Origin: Oceanispirochaeta sp.
GTDB taxonomy: Bacteria; Spirochaetota; Spirochaetia; DSM-2461
Direction of reading: 5' to 3'
Assembly (NCBI GenBank): GCA_963663385.2
Contig: CAXXXD010000003.1
Location: forward strand, 1,585,649 to 1,649,648
Length of the DNA: 64,000 nt
The translations under genes and the position numbers were made by a program. Under the pieces are notes generated by a model. It had not been told where the DNA came from. It saw only the letters and a program-made list of their open reading frames with translations, and did not search any database. This document shows, piece after piece, positions 44,221 to 52,171 of this stretch. Each line of letters begins with the position of its first letter. The first letter of the stretch is position 1.

Positions 44221-45747
44221 TTGAATAATTACGATTCAAATCAAATCGTGGTTGACATGAAAGGGATCACTCAGAAGTTCGGAACCCTGGTTGCCAACGA
44301 CAATATAAATCTGACAGTACATAAAGGAGAGGTCCATGCCCTTCTCGGTGAGAATGGTGCAGGAAAGACCACATTGGTAAACTCTCTATACGGGCTCTAT
44401 CATCCGACTTCCGGTGAAATTTTCATCAATGGCGAAAAAGTCATAATGGACAATCCCAATGTTGCGATTCAGCATGGGATTGGTATGGTTCATCAGCATT
44501 TTATGCTGGTTCAGCCTTTTACAGTAGTAGAAAACATCGTTTTAGGGATGGAACCCCATAAGTACGGTGTTCTTGATATGAAAACAGCAACCGAAAAGGT
44601 TGTAGCTCTATCTGAGCAATATGGATTATCTATAGATCCGAATGCCTGTATCCAGGATATTACAGTCGGAATGCAGCAGAGAGTGGAAATCCTTAAAACC
44701 CTGTATAGAGGAGCCGACATACTCATCCTGGATGAACCAACGGCTGTTCTGACTCCCCAGGAGATTCTGGACCTTATTCAGATTATCAACAATCTGACAG
44801 AACAGGGAAAGACGATTATCATTATCACTCATAAACTGAAAGAGATAAAAGACGTTTCGGATTTCTGTACAATAATCCGGCGCGGAAAAAGAATAGATAC
44901 GGTTAAAGTTTCCGATGTTACCGAATCCGATCTGGCATCCATGATGGTGGGACGTGAAGTCAATTTTAAAGTGGACAAGGAAGAGAGAACGCCCGGAGAT
45001 ATTGTTCTGGAAGTAAAGAACCTTTATGTAAGGGACAACAGAGATATCCCGGCTCTGAGAGGATTGAACCTGACCGTACGGAAAGGGGAAATTGTCGGAA
45101 TTGCCGGAGTAGACGGAAACGGCCAGAATGAACTGGAAGAGGCTCTGATGGGTATCCGCAAATCCGAATCCGGTTCCATCAAGGTTGACGGCGTGGAAAT
45201 GATCGGGAAAACACCCAGGGAAATTCTGGACAGCAGGGTTGGCACGATTCCCTCCGACCGGCAGAGACGGGGTCTTGTTCTTGATTATACCATTGCGGAA
45301 AACATGATTATTGAAAACTATAAAAAGGAACCTTTCTCAAAAAGAGGCTGGCTTCAGTTTGATGCCATCAAAAACTTTGCAAAAAAACTGGTAGAAGAGT
45401 TTGATGTCCGGCCGGCAGACGAAAATTACCGTTCAGGTTCCCTTTCCGGCGGTAATCAGCAGAAAGTTATTATTGCCAGAGAGATCTCCAACAACCCCGA
45501 TCTGCTTATTGCGGTTCAGCCGACAAGAGGTCTGGATGTGGGCGCTATCGAGTATGTTCATAAATCCCTGGTTGCCCAGAGGGACAAAGGAAAAGCCGTA
45601 CTGCTTATCTCCCTTGAACTGGATGAGGTTATCAATGTATCAGACAGGATTGCCGTGATTTACGAAGGAGAGATAGTGGGCGAAGTAAAGGCCGATGGAG
45701 CAGATGAAAACGAGCTCGGGCTGATGATGGCGGGAGGAAGCAGGTAA
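44221..45747 (+). CDS. ABC transporter ATP-binding protein (two NBDs)
   Basis: GENGAGKT, LDEPT, LSGGNQQK, QPTRGLD. Confidence 0.95.
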   Translation: MNNYDSNQIVVDMKGITQKFGTLVANDNINLTVHKGEVHALLGENGAGKTTLVNSLYGLYHPTSGEIFINGEKVIMDNPNVAIQHGIGMVHQHFMLVQPFTVVENIVLGMEPHKYGVLDMKTATEKVVALSEQYGLSIDPNACIQDITVGMQQRVEILKTLYRGADILILDEPTAVLTPQEILDLIQIINNLTEQGKTIIIITHKLKEIKDVSDFCTIIRRGKRIDTVKVSDVTESDLASMMVGREVNFKVDKEERTPGDIVLEVKNLYVRDNRDIPALRGLNLTVRKGEIVGIAGVDGNGQNELEEALMGIRKSESGSIKVDGVEMIGKTPREILDSRVGTIPSDRQRRGLVLDYTIAENMIIENYKKEPFSKRGWLQFDAIKNFAKKLVEEFDVRPADENYRSGSLSGGNQQKVIIAREISNNPDLLIAVQPTRGLDVGAIEYVHKSLVAQRDKGKAVLLISLELDEVINVSDRIAVIYEGEIVGEVKADGADENELGLMMAGGSR

Positions 45748-46853
45748 TGTCAGAAAAGAAGAAACTTACAGATTCACCTGTCTGGATTACAATAATATCG
45801 ATTACCCTGGGACTTGTGTTCGGTGCTATTATACTTCTACTGATTGGGTACAACCCTTTAAAAGCCTATTCTGTAATTATTACAGGTATTTTCAGTAAAC
45901 CCAAATATATGTCCTGGACAATAATTTACGCTACTCCGATTATACTGACCGGTCTATCTGTTGCCTTTGCCTTTAAGACCGGGCTTTTCAATATAGGTGC
46001 GGAAGGACAGTATATAGTTGGAGCCGTTACGGCTGCTCTGGCAGGATACTTTTTTCACCTTCCCTTATTTCTTCATATCCCTTTTGTAATTATCCTCAGT
46101 ATAGCAGCCGGTGCCTTCTGGGGTAGTATAGCCGGTTACCTGAAAGCCAAATACGGAGTAAATGAAGTTATTTCTACCATAATGCTCAACTGGATGGCTT
46201 TCTATCTGAACAACTTCATTGTTCTTCATGAAGGAATCAAAAGAGAAGGTTCCGAATCCACCAATAAAATCCAGAATACGGCCCAGTTAATATTTGCCAA
46301 CAACTGGAAAGGAACAGATGCGGGCCTGGCTTTCAGAAAGGCACACCCCTTCCTCGGCGATATCCTCAAGACTCCTGCCAATGCGGGATTCCTGATTGCT
46401 ATTTCTGCCGCCGTGATTGTTCTGATTATTCTGAACCGTACCACCCTGGGCTACAGCCTGAGGGCTGTCGGATACAATCGTGATGCCGCTGAATTCGGCG
46501 GGATAAATGTTCCCCGCAACATGATCAGCGCCATGGCTATCGCCGGAGGACTTTCCGGACTGGCCGGGGCTGTACAGATTATGGGATTTACAAGGCAGGC
46601 TTCCGCCCTTTCCGCTTCGGAAGGTTACGGGTTCGAAGGGATCTCTGTTGCTCTGATCGGAGCAAATCATCCCATAGGCTGTATCCTGGCCGGGCTTCTC
46701 TATGGCGCCCTGAAATACGGCGGTGCCAAGATTCAGCCTGCTATTGGAGCGCCCTATGAAATAATCAGCATTATCATGGGTATGATCGTTCTGTTCATAG
46801 CCATGCCGAAACTGATAAAAACTGTTAAACTCAATAAAAAGGGGGATAAGTGA
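45747..46853 (+). CDS. ABC transporter permease
   Basis: GLFNIGAEGQ; multiple TM segments. Confidence 0.93.
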   Translation: MSEKKKLTDSPVWITIISITLGLVFGAIILLLIGYNPLKAYSVIITGIFSKPKYMSWTIIYATPIILTGLSVAFAFKTGLFNIGAEGQYIVGAVTAALAGYFFHLPLFLHIPFVIILSIAAGAFWGSIAGYLKAKYGVNEVISTIMLNWMAFYLNNFIVLHEGIKREGSESTNKIQNTAQLIFANNWKGTDAGLAFRKAHPFLGDILKTPANAGFLIAISAAVIVLIILNRTTLGYSLRAVGYNRDAAEFGGINVPRNMISAMAIAGGLSGLAGAVQIMGFTRQASALSASEGYGFEGISVALIGANHPIGCILAGLLYGALKYGGAKIQPAIGAPYEIISIIMGMIVLFIAMPKLIKTVKLNKKGDK

Positions 46854-47782
46854 TGCTGTTGGAAAGTATTGCCTTTATTCTCGGTACAACCCTTATGTAT
46901 GCCACTCCTCTGATCTATACATCCCTGGGCGGCACCATATCCGAAAACTCAGGCGTTGTTAACATCGGCCTGGAAGGAATTATGTTTATGGGTGCCTTTA
47001 TAGGTGCGGGGATCGGATATTATGCTCATAGCGGCTGGATCGGATTCCTGGCGGCCGGTGTTGTGGGGGGGCTTTTCGGTCTGCTCCATGCGGTAGCCTG
47101 TATAACCTTTTCTGCGGATCAGGTGGTTTCGGGAATCGCCATCAACTTTCTGGGTCCGGGATTTGCCCTGCTCCTCAGCCGGTTGATGTTCGACGGGGCT
47201 GCCATGACCATTCCCCTTCCCCTGGATGAGAAAATCACACGCCCTCTGAACGGCCTGTTCCCGCAGAACTCTTTCTTTGATGTTATCTTTAACCGCTATT
47301 CTACGGTTTACCTGGCCTTTCTGCTGGTATTCCTGATGTGGTTCCTTCTGTATAAAACCCGTCTGGGACTTCGTATCAGAGCCGTGGGAGAACATCCCGA
47401 GGCTGCTGAAACCCTGGGTATCGATGTCTACAAAGTCCGGTACTTCTCTGTTACCATGTCCGGTTTTCTGGCCGGTCTGGGAGGAGCTGCCATGAGTGTT
47501 GCCATCGTATCCCAGTTCAGGGTCACCCTCATTTCCGGTCAGGGATTTATTGCCCTGGCGGCCATGATCTTCGGAAAGTGGAAACCCCAGGGAGCCATGT
47601 GGGCCTGTCTGCTCTTCGGTCTGGCCCAGGGAATCGTTATCTACATGCCCCGTACGGGACTGGAGATTTCCTCCCAGCTGCTCAGCATGCTGCCCTATCT
47701 GCTGACTCTGATCCTGCTGGTGGTATTCGTAGGCAAGTCTGTTGCGCCCAGCGCAGACGGCGAGATTTACGAAAGAAACTAG
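46850..47782 (+). CDS. ABC transporter permease
   Basis: SGVVNIGLEG, RAVGEHP, GFIALAAMIFGKW. Confidence 0.93.
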   Translation: MMLLESIAFILGTTLMYATPLIYTSLGGTISENSGVVNIGLEGIMFMGAFIGAGIGYYAHSGWIGFLAAGVVGGLFGLLHAVACITFSADQVVSGIAINFLGPGFALLLSRLMFDGAAMTIPLPLDEKITRPLNGLFPQNSFFDVIFNRYSTVYLAFLLVFLMWFLLYKTRLGLRIRAVGEHPEAAETLGIDVYKVRYFSVTMSGFLAGLGGAAMSVAIVSQFRVTLISGQGFIALAAMIFGKWKPQGAMWACLLFGLAQGIVIYMPRTGLEISSQLLSMLPYLLTLILLVVFVGKSVAPSADGEIYERN

Positions 47783-47799
47783 GGTCTCTTTTCAGAGAT

Positions 47800-47850
47800 A
47801 AAAACGCCCCCCTCTCGGCAGCGCTCGAGGATCCTGGGGGCGTTTTTTTT
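47800..47850 (+). terminator. Intrinsic terminator ending the ABC operon; marks the left edge of the accessory region
   Basis: AAAAACGCCCCC...GGGGGCGTTTTTTTT. Confidence 0.85.
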
Positions 47851-47877
47851 GTTGGTAGTCTTACGGAAAAATGATCT

Positions 47878-48780
47878 TTGTCTTATTATAGCAGTATGTC
47901 TTTCAACTATGATTCATGTTTATCCCTTTCCGGGGAAATCGATGCTGCTACTGGATTATACTACTACAATGCACGGTGGTATGATGCGGGGACCGGAAGG
48001 TTTATATCGGAAGACCCGGCTAGAGACGGCCAAAACTGGTTCAATTATGTATCAAACAACCCTCTAAAATTTGTCGATCCTACAGGAATGCGCCGTGTTG
48101 ATGGCGATAGTGCTGATGATGAAAGAGATCGAGAGCAGAGAAATACGGAATATGAAAAAAAGAAAAGCGATAGAAAAGATAGAAGAGATGCACAAGGCAG
48201 AGAAGATCGAAGAAATGATCTTAAAGATAAAAAAGATGATCTGATTAATTCCGGTATGGATAATGACCGAAATATAGATCGGCTTAATGAACAGATTCAA
48301 GCAGTTGAAGATGAGATAATGGATAATATAACTGAAGCTGCATATGATGAAATATCTGAAACGGTTGATGAAATCCTTAACAATGGTTTGGCCGAAACAG
48401 CGAAATCGTTTGTAGGTGGTAATTATCATTCTGGTGGAGAAACTCCATCACCTGAAGGACAAGGATTAGACTGTTCTTCGACATCTATGATTTCAGCTGA
48501 AACAGTAAGTGGTGTTGGTATTGGTGATCGAACTGCTGATGAAATGGCCAATGATCCTAACCTACTGAAACCGGGAAATGGTGGAGTGGGTTCTCAAAAC
48601 TTTTATGATTGGGATGGTGATGGTGTTTACGATCATGTTACGACAGTTACAGAAGCAGGAGAAGTTCATCCATCATCAAATGCTGGTAAAATTAATATGG
48701 TTGAAAATGGCTTCTTAGATCAATATGCAAAGAAAAAGATAAATAAAAACTACAATTGGGGTTATATTTTATGGGATTGA
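47878..48780 (+). CDS. Orphan Rhs core plus C-terminal toxin 1 (NlpC/P60-like peptidoglycan hydrolase); 5'-truncated, start uncertain
   Basis: EIDAATGLYYYNARWYD...GRFISEDP...YVSNNPLKFVDPTG Rhs core. C-terminus AKSFVGGNYHSGG...GLDCSS...YDHV...EVHPSS follows the NlpC/P60 Cys-His-His order. Confidence 0.8.
   Translation: MSYYSSMSFNYDSCLSLSGEIDAATGLYYYNARWYDAGTGRFISEDPARDGQNWFNYVSNNPLKFVDPTGMRRVDGDSADDERDREQRNTEYEKKKSDRKDRRDAQGREDRRNDLKDKKDDLINSGMDNDRNIDRLNEQIQAVEDEIMDNITEAAYDEISETVDEILNNGLAETAKSFVGGNYHSGGETPSPEGQGLDCSSTSMISAETVSGVGIGDRTADEMANDPNLLKPGNGGVGSQNFYDWDGDGVYDHVTTVTEAGEVHPSSNAGKINMVENGFLDQYAKKKINKNYNWGYILWD
47959..48130 (+). repeat. Rhs-core direct repeat, copy 1 (pairs with 57116-57293)
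   Basis: 40 bp exact match, 48001-48040 = 57158-57197; similarity runs from the YYYN codons through DPTGMRRVDG...DDERD. Confidence 0.9.
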
Positions 48781-49232
48781 GGAATATTTTTCTAATAACA
48801 GTACAAATCCTTTTATTTTCATCAGTAATATTTTCTGATGATATAATATTATTAAATAAAAAGTCTGCTGACTTCGAATTAATAATAGATGATGACATTG
48901 TTCAGATTTACACTGATTATTATTCTGATTCAGACATATGTGAAAGCTTCATAGGTGTTCTGAAGTCTGATATTAATCGGGATCATGTAATTTATTTTCA
49001 TGATGATATACTTGAAGATGCAACAGGGAAAATCTTGATATCATTTAAGAATCATGAGTTAATCTTTTATGGATTTAAGATGAAATTGTCTTACCCAAAT
49101 AATAAAGAATATTCTCCGGGTATAGTTTTAACTCCTTATTTTGCCTCTGGAAATTCTGTAGGAGATACTAAGACATTTAATTGGGATTATAAGAATAAAA
49201 CCTTTAAAGATGCTTTTTCTCACATTCCGTAA
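48771..49232 (+). CDS. Putative immunity protein 1 (exported)
   Basis: Overlaps the toxin stop codon; AT-rich; N-terminus MGLRNIFLITVQILLFSSVIFS is signal-like. Confidence 0.75.
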   Translation: MGLRNIFLITVQILLFSSVIFSDDIILLNKKSADFELIIDDDIVQIYTDYYSDSDICESFIGVLKSDINRDHVIYFHDDILEDATGKILISFKNHELIFYGFKMKLSYPNNKEYSPGIVLTPYFASGNSVGDTKTFNWDYKNKTFKDAFSHIP

Positions 49233-49234
49233 AT

Positions 49235-49292
49235 TCATAACGTCCATGCTCACCTGCAGGCTTGCCTGTCTGGTGCAGCACTGTTGTTATGA
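49235..49292. repeat. attC-like imperfect palindrome, copy 1 (58 bp)
   Basis: TCATAAC-gtccat-GCTCACC...GGTGCAGC-actgtt-GTTATGA: complementary outer boxes and one unpaired base in the inner arm. Confidence 0.7.
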
Positions 49293-49580
49293 CCCCTAAT
49301 TTTATTTTTCGCCGGAATGACATTTCACGTTGAAAAAGCTTTTCCGGCAGTAACCGCAGGCCGAACCTCCGCCGTCGTGGCTCCGGTTCTGATCAGAAAA
49401 TCCGTTATCTGCAGCTGCCGTCCCTGGCAGCTGTCCGCTTCGCCATATAACGAATTCTCTGTTCACCTGCTTTTAGTGGTAAGTTTATAGATTCCAGAAT
49501 AATTTTATACAGGAGCTGGCGGAGTGTTTTCTCTTTTTATCATAATTGCAAAAATGTAGTTACAATAGTATAATTATATT

Positions 49581-49868
49581 ATGACCTTTGAATGGGATAA
49601 AGAAAAAGACATAATCAACCAGAAGAAACACGGATTGTCATTCAAAGACGCCAAGTATGTTTTTGCCGACCCGTTTGCCCTGGTTCGTGAGGATTACACG
49701 GATTCAGAGCCCCGTCAGCAAATTATGGGGCATATCGGCGGCATTCTGCTGGTGCTTGTGGTTTACACCATGAGAGATCAGCAGGATGAAGACGTTTTCA
49801 GAATAATATCTGCCCGAAAAGCAACAACGGCAGAGAGGAGGAAGTATGAAGCAGGAAAATGGTTTTAG
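49581..49868 (+). CDS. BrnT-family toxin
   Basis: FEWDKEK...NQKKHGLSF...RIISARKAT..ERRKY. Confidence 0.92.
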   Translation: MTFEWDKEKDIINQKKHGLSFKDAKYVFADPFALVREDYTDSEPRQQIMGHIGGILLVLVVYTMRDQQDEDVFRIISARKATTAERRKYEAGKWF

Positions 49869-50139
49869 TCCTATGGATGAAGACACAAAGGCAAGACTCG
49901 CCAAGCTTGCCGAATTACCCGACTCCGAAATAGATACCAGTGACATAAAAGAGTGGTCTGATGAGGATTTTTCCAGGGCCGTCCCTTTTCACGATATTTA
50001 CAAGCCCAGGAAAGAGCAGATAACCACCCGAATCGATGCGGACATTCTTCTTTGGCTAAAAAGTCATGGTAAAGGGTATCAGACTTTGCTGAATGATTTA
50101 CTTCGAAAAGAGATGAATATGGAATGCAGTAAGCAGTAA
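49846..50139 (+). CDS. BrnA-family antitoxin
   Basis: IDTSDI...KEQITTRIDADILLWLKSHGKGYQT; overlaps brnT. Confidence 0.9.
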   Translation: MKQENGFSPMDEDTKARLAKLAELPDSEIDTSDIKEWSDEDFSRAVPFHDIYKPRKEQITTRIDADILLWLKSHGKGYQTLLNDLLRKEMNMECSKQ

Positions 50140-50191
50140 GCAGGGTTAGGTTTCTCATTCTCTTTGTAATAGCCGGATATCGAAAGAATAT

Positions 50192-50587
50192 CTATTTGGA
50201 TTGATTTTCCTTTAATTCATTCATGGCTCTCAAATCCTTGATATGCTCAAGGATTTTTTTTTGGTCTGCCGGTGGGAGTTCTTCCAGTTCTTTCAGGCGT
50301 TTTGTAAGTTTCAGATTTGTATCCTGTGCAAGAATATTTTCATCCTTCAGCCCGAAAAGAGTGTCAGTCGAGACATTCAGAGCAATGGCGAATCTTGCTA
50401 TCATTTCATCATAAAGTCGGACTCTTCCGCTTTCATAGGCAGATAATGCGGTTCTTGTAATGCCAATTGTTTCAGCCAATTCAAGCTGTGTAAGTCCTCT
50501 CTGTTTTCTTATTTTGGCAATGATTTCACCAATGCTTTTGTCACTGATTTTTAAAGGGGGTAATTCTTTCTTCGGTACTTGAGGCAT
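50192..50587 (-). CDS. XRE-family HTH transcriptional regulator
   Basis: IRKQRGLTQLELAETIGITRTALSAYESG; divergent from the replication operon. Confidence 0.92.
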   Translation of the reverse strand: MPQVPKKELPPLKISDKSIGEIIAKIRKQRGLTQLELAETIGITRTALSAYESGRVRLYDEMIARFAIALNVSTDTLFGLKDENILAQDTNLKLTKRLKELEELPPADQKKILEHIKDLRAMNELKENQSK

Positions 50588-50830
50588 GATTTATCTTATC
50601 ATATAACTTGACGAGTGATACATGATGTGTCATTATTAAACAGTCAAATGCTACTTGACACACTTTTGAAATATTGCCGTTGGCAATAAAAAAGCCCGTT
50701 TCCGAGTGTTTGGCGACCTTCGGGAAACAGGCTTAAAAACAACATAGGAGTAGAACTCCATGCACTTACAATTCTACCATAAATTCTTATCCCCGCAAAT
50801 GCCGTTCTGCTCCTTCCGATGGAGTAAAGA

Positions 50831-51115
50831 ATGGAAATCCGCACCAGCGACCTGTACGAGGCCGCCTACTACCTGACTAAAGGGGTAACGCCCCACCTGG
50901 TTACCTGCCGCCTTCTGGCCGGGAACGTCACCAAAGATATCATCTGCGACTTCTACTTCGAAGGAGAAGTCATTCCTCATCTTCAAAGCGACTTTTTGAG
51001 AAGTGAAGCGGTTGTCAATCTGGTTCTCTTCCGCCGTTGTTACGGAGAGATCAACAACTACGCCAACAATGCCAAGCGGGACTACCGGAAAAGCATGAAA
51101 GGGGGCCACCAGTGA
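50831..51115 (+). CDS. Small hypothetical protein (DUF5659-like)
   Basis: GGAG RBS; TSDLYEAAYYLTKG motif; first gene of the coupled operon. Confidence 0.65.
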   Translation: MEIRTSDLYEAAYYLTKGVTPHLVTCRLLAGNVTKDIICDFYFEGEVIPHLQSDFLRSEAVVNLVLFRRCYGEINNYANNAKRDYRKSMKGGHQ

Positions 51116-51378
51116 AAGACAGCCTCATAACAGCCAACCTGGCCGAAGTCGCCTACCTTTTGGATCAGCACCACCGGCTGGTCGATGTTTACCTGAGCAT
51201 GGGAACCCTGGGAGCCCAGGAGATGGTTTTCACTCTGGAAGGAGAGAACATTACCGGAGACCGTAAACTTTTTCTGGGTACCTGCCGGACTCCTTTGAAG
51301 AAGATCCCCGAGACTCTGGAAGTGATCCGGAACCTCCTCTGGAAGAAGGAAGAGGAGGCCCAGTGTGAATCTAGATAA
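51112..51378 (+). CDS. Small hypothetical protein, probable paralogue of the upstream ORF
   Basis: GTGA start/stop overlap; TANLAEVAYLL...FTLEGE aligns with TSDLYEAAYYL...FYFEGE. Confidence 0.65.
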   Translation: MKDSLITANLAEVAYLLDQHHRLVDVYLSMGTLGAQEMVFTLEGENITGDRKLFLGTCRTPLKKIPETLEVIRNLLWKKEEEAQCESR

Positions 51379-52171
51379 AATGGGTGATGCAAAGCATCAG
51401 GGCCCCATTCTTAGTCGCCAAAAGATCGTATTTACCAACCAGAAAGGCGGGGTCGGCAAGACCACCATGACAAGAGAACTGGGCTGTTACCTGGCCCATG
51501 ATAAAGGGCTGAAAACCCTTCTGGTAGACTGTGACAGCCAAGGCAACCTTTCCAGAAGTTTCTTCGACCAGCCGGGAAAAGGACTGTACGAGGCCATTAC
51601 AGAAGATGAAATTCACGTTCAAAGTGTCAGTGAGAATCTTGAGATCCTTTCCGGATCGATCTATCTCAGCCTGCTGGAAAAACAGCTTGTGGGAGAGTTC
51701 GACGGCTATGTACGGTTTAAGGAGCTTTTCGAACGGGAGGAGTTCGAATCCTACGATTTTATCCTGATGGATACTCCCCCTTCCCTGGGAATCCTCACGG
51801 GCAATGCCCTTGTAGCCGCCGATCACCTTGTGATGCCCATTACAGCCAGTCAGTACGCCCTGCAGGGAGCTTCGGACCTTCTGGAAACCATGGAGAAGAT
51901 CAGGCGGAGCCTGAACCCGACTCTTTACGCCCTGGGAGTCGTCCTTAACAGCTACAACCCGGTTACCCTGATCGGCCGGGAGCTGAAAGCCGAACTGACC
52001 GGGTTCTTCGGAGAAACCTGTTTTGAGACCGTGATCAGCCGGTCGATCCGGATCGAGGAAGCCATTGCCGAGAGGAAGGGCCTGGTCCAGCTGTCCGGTA
52101 ACCAATGGAAAAGGCCCGCGGAGGAAGTAAGGGCTCTGGGGAATGAACTTTTATCCCGGTGCGGTCTATGA
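51365..52171 (+). CDS. ParA/Soj-family ATPase
   Basis: NQKGGVGKTT, VDCDSQGN, DFILMDTPPSLG. Confidence 0.93.
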   Translation: MNLDKMGDAKHQGPILSRQKIVFTNQKGGVGKTTMTRELGCYLAHDKGLKTLLVDCDSQGNLSRSFFDQPGKGLYEAITEDEIHVQSVSENLEILSGSIYLSLLEKQLVGEFDGYVRFKELFEREEFESYDFILMDTPPSLGILTGNALVAADHLVMPITASQYALQGASDLLETMEKIRRSLNPTLYALGVVLNSYNPVTLIGRELKAELTGFFGETCFETVISRSIRIEEAIAERKGLVQLSGNQWKRPAEEVRALGNELLSRCGL

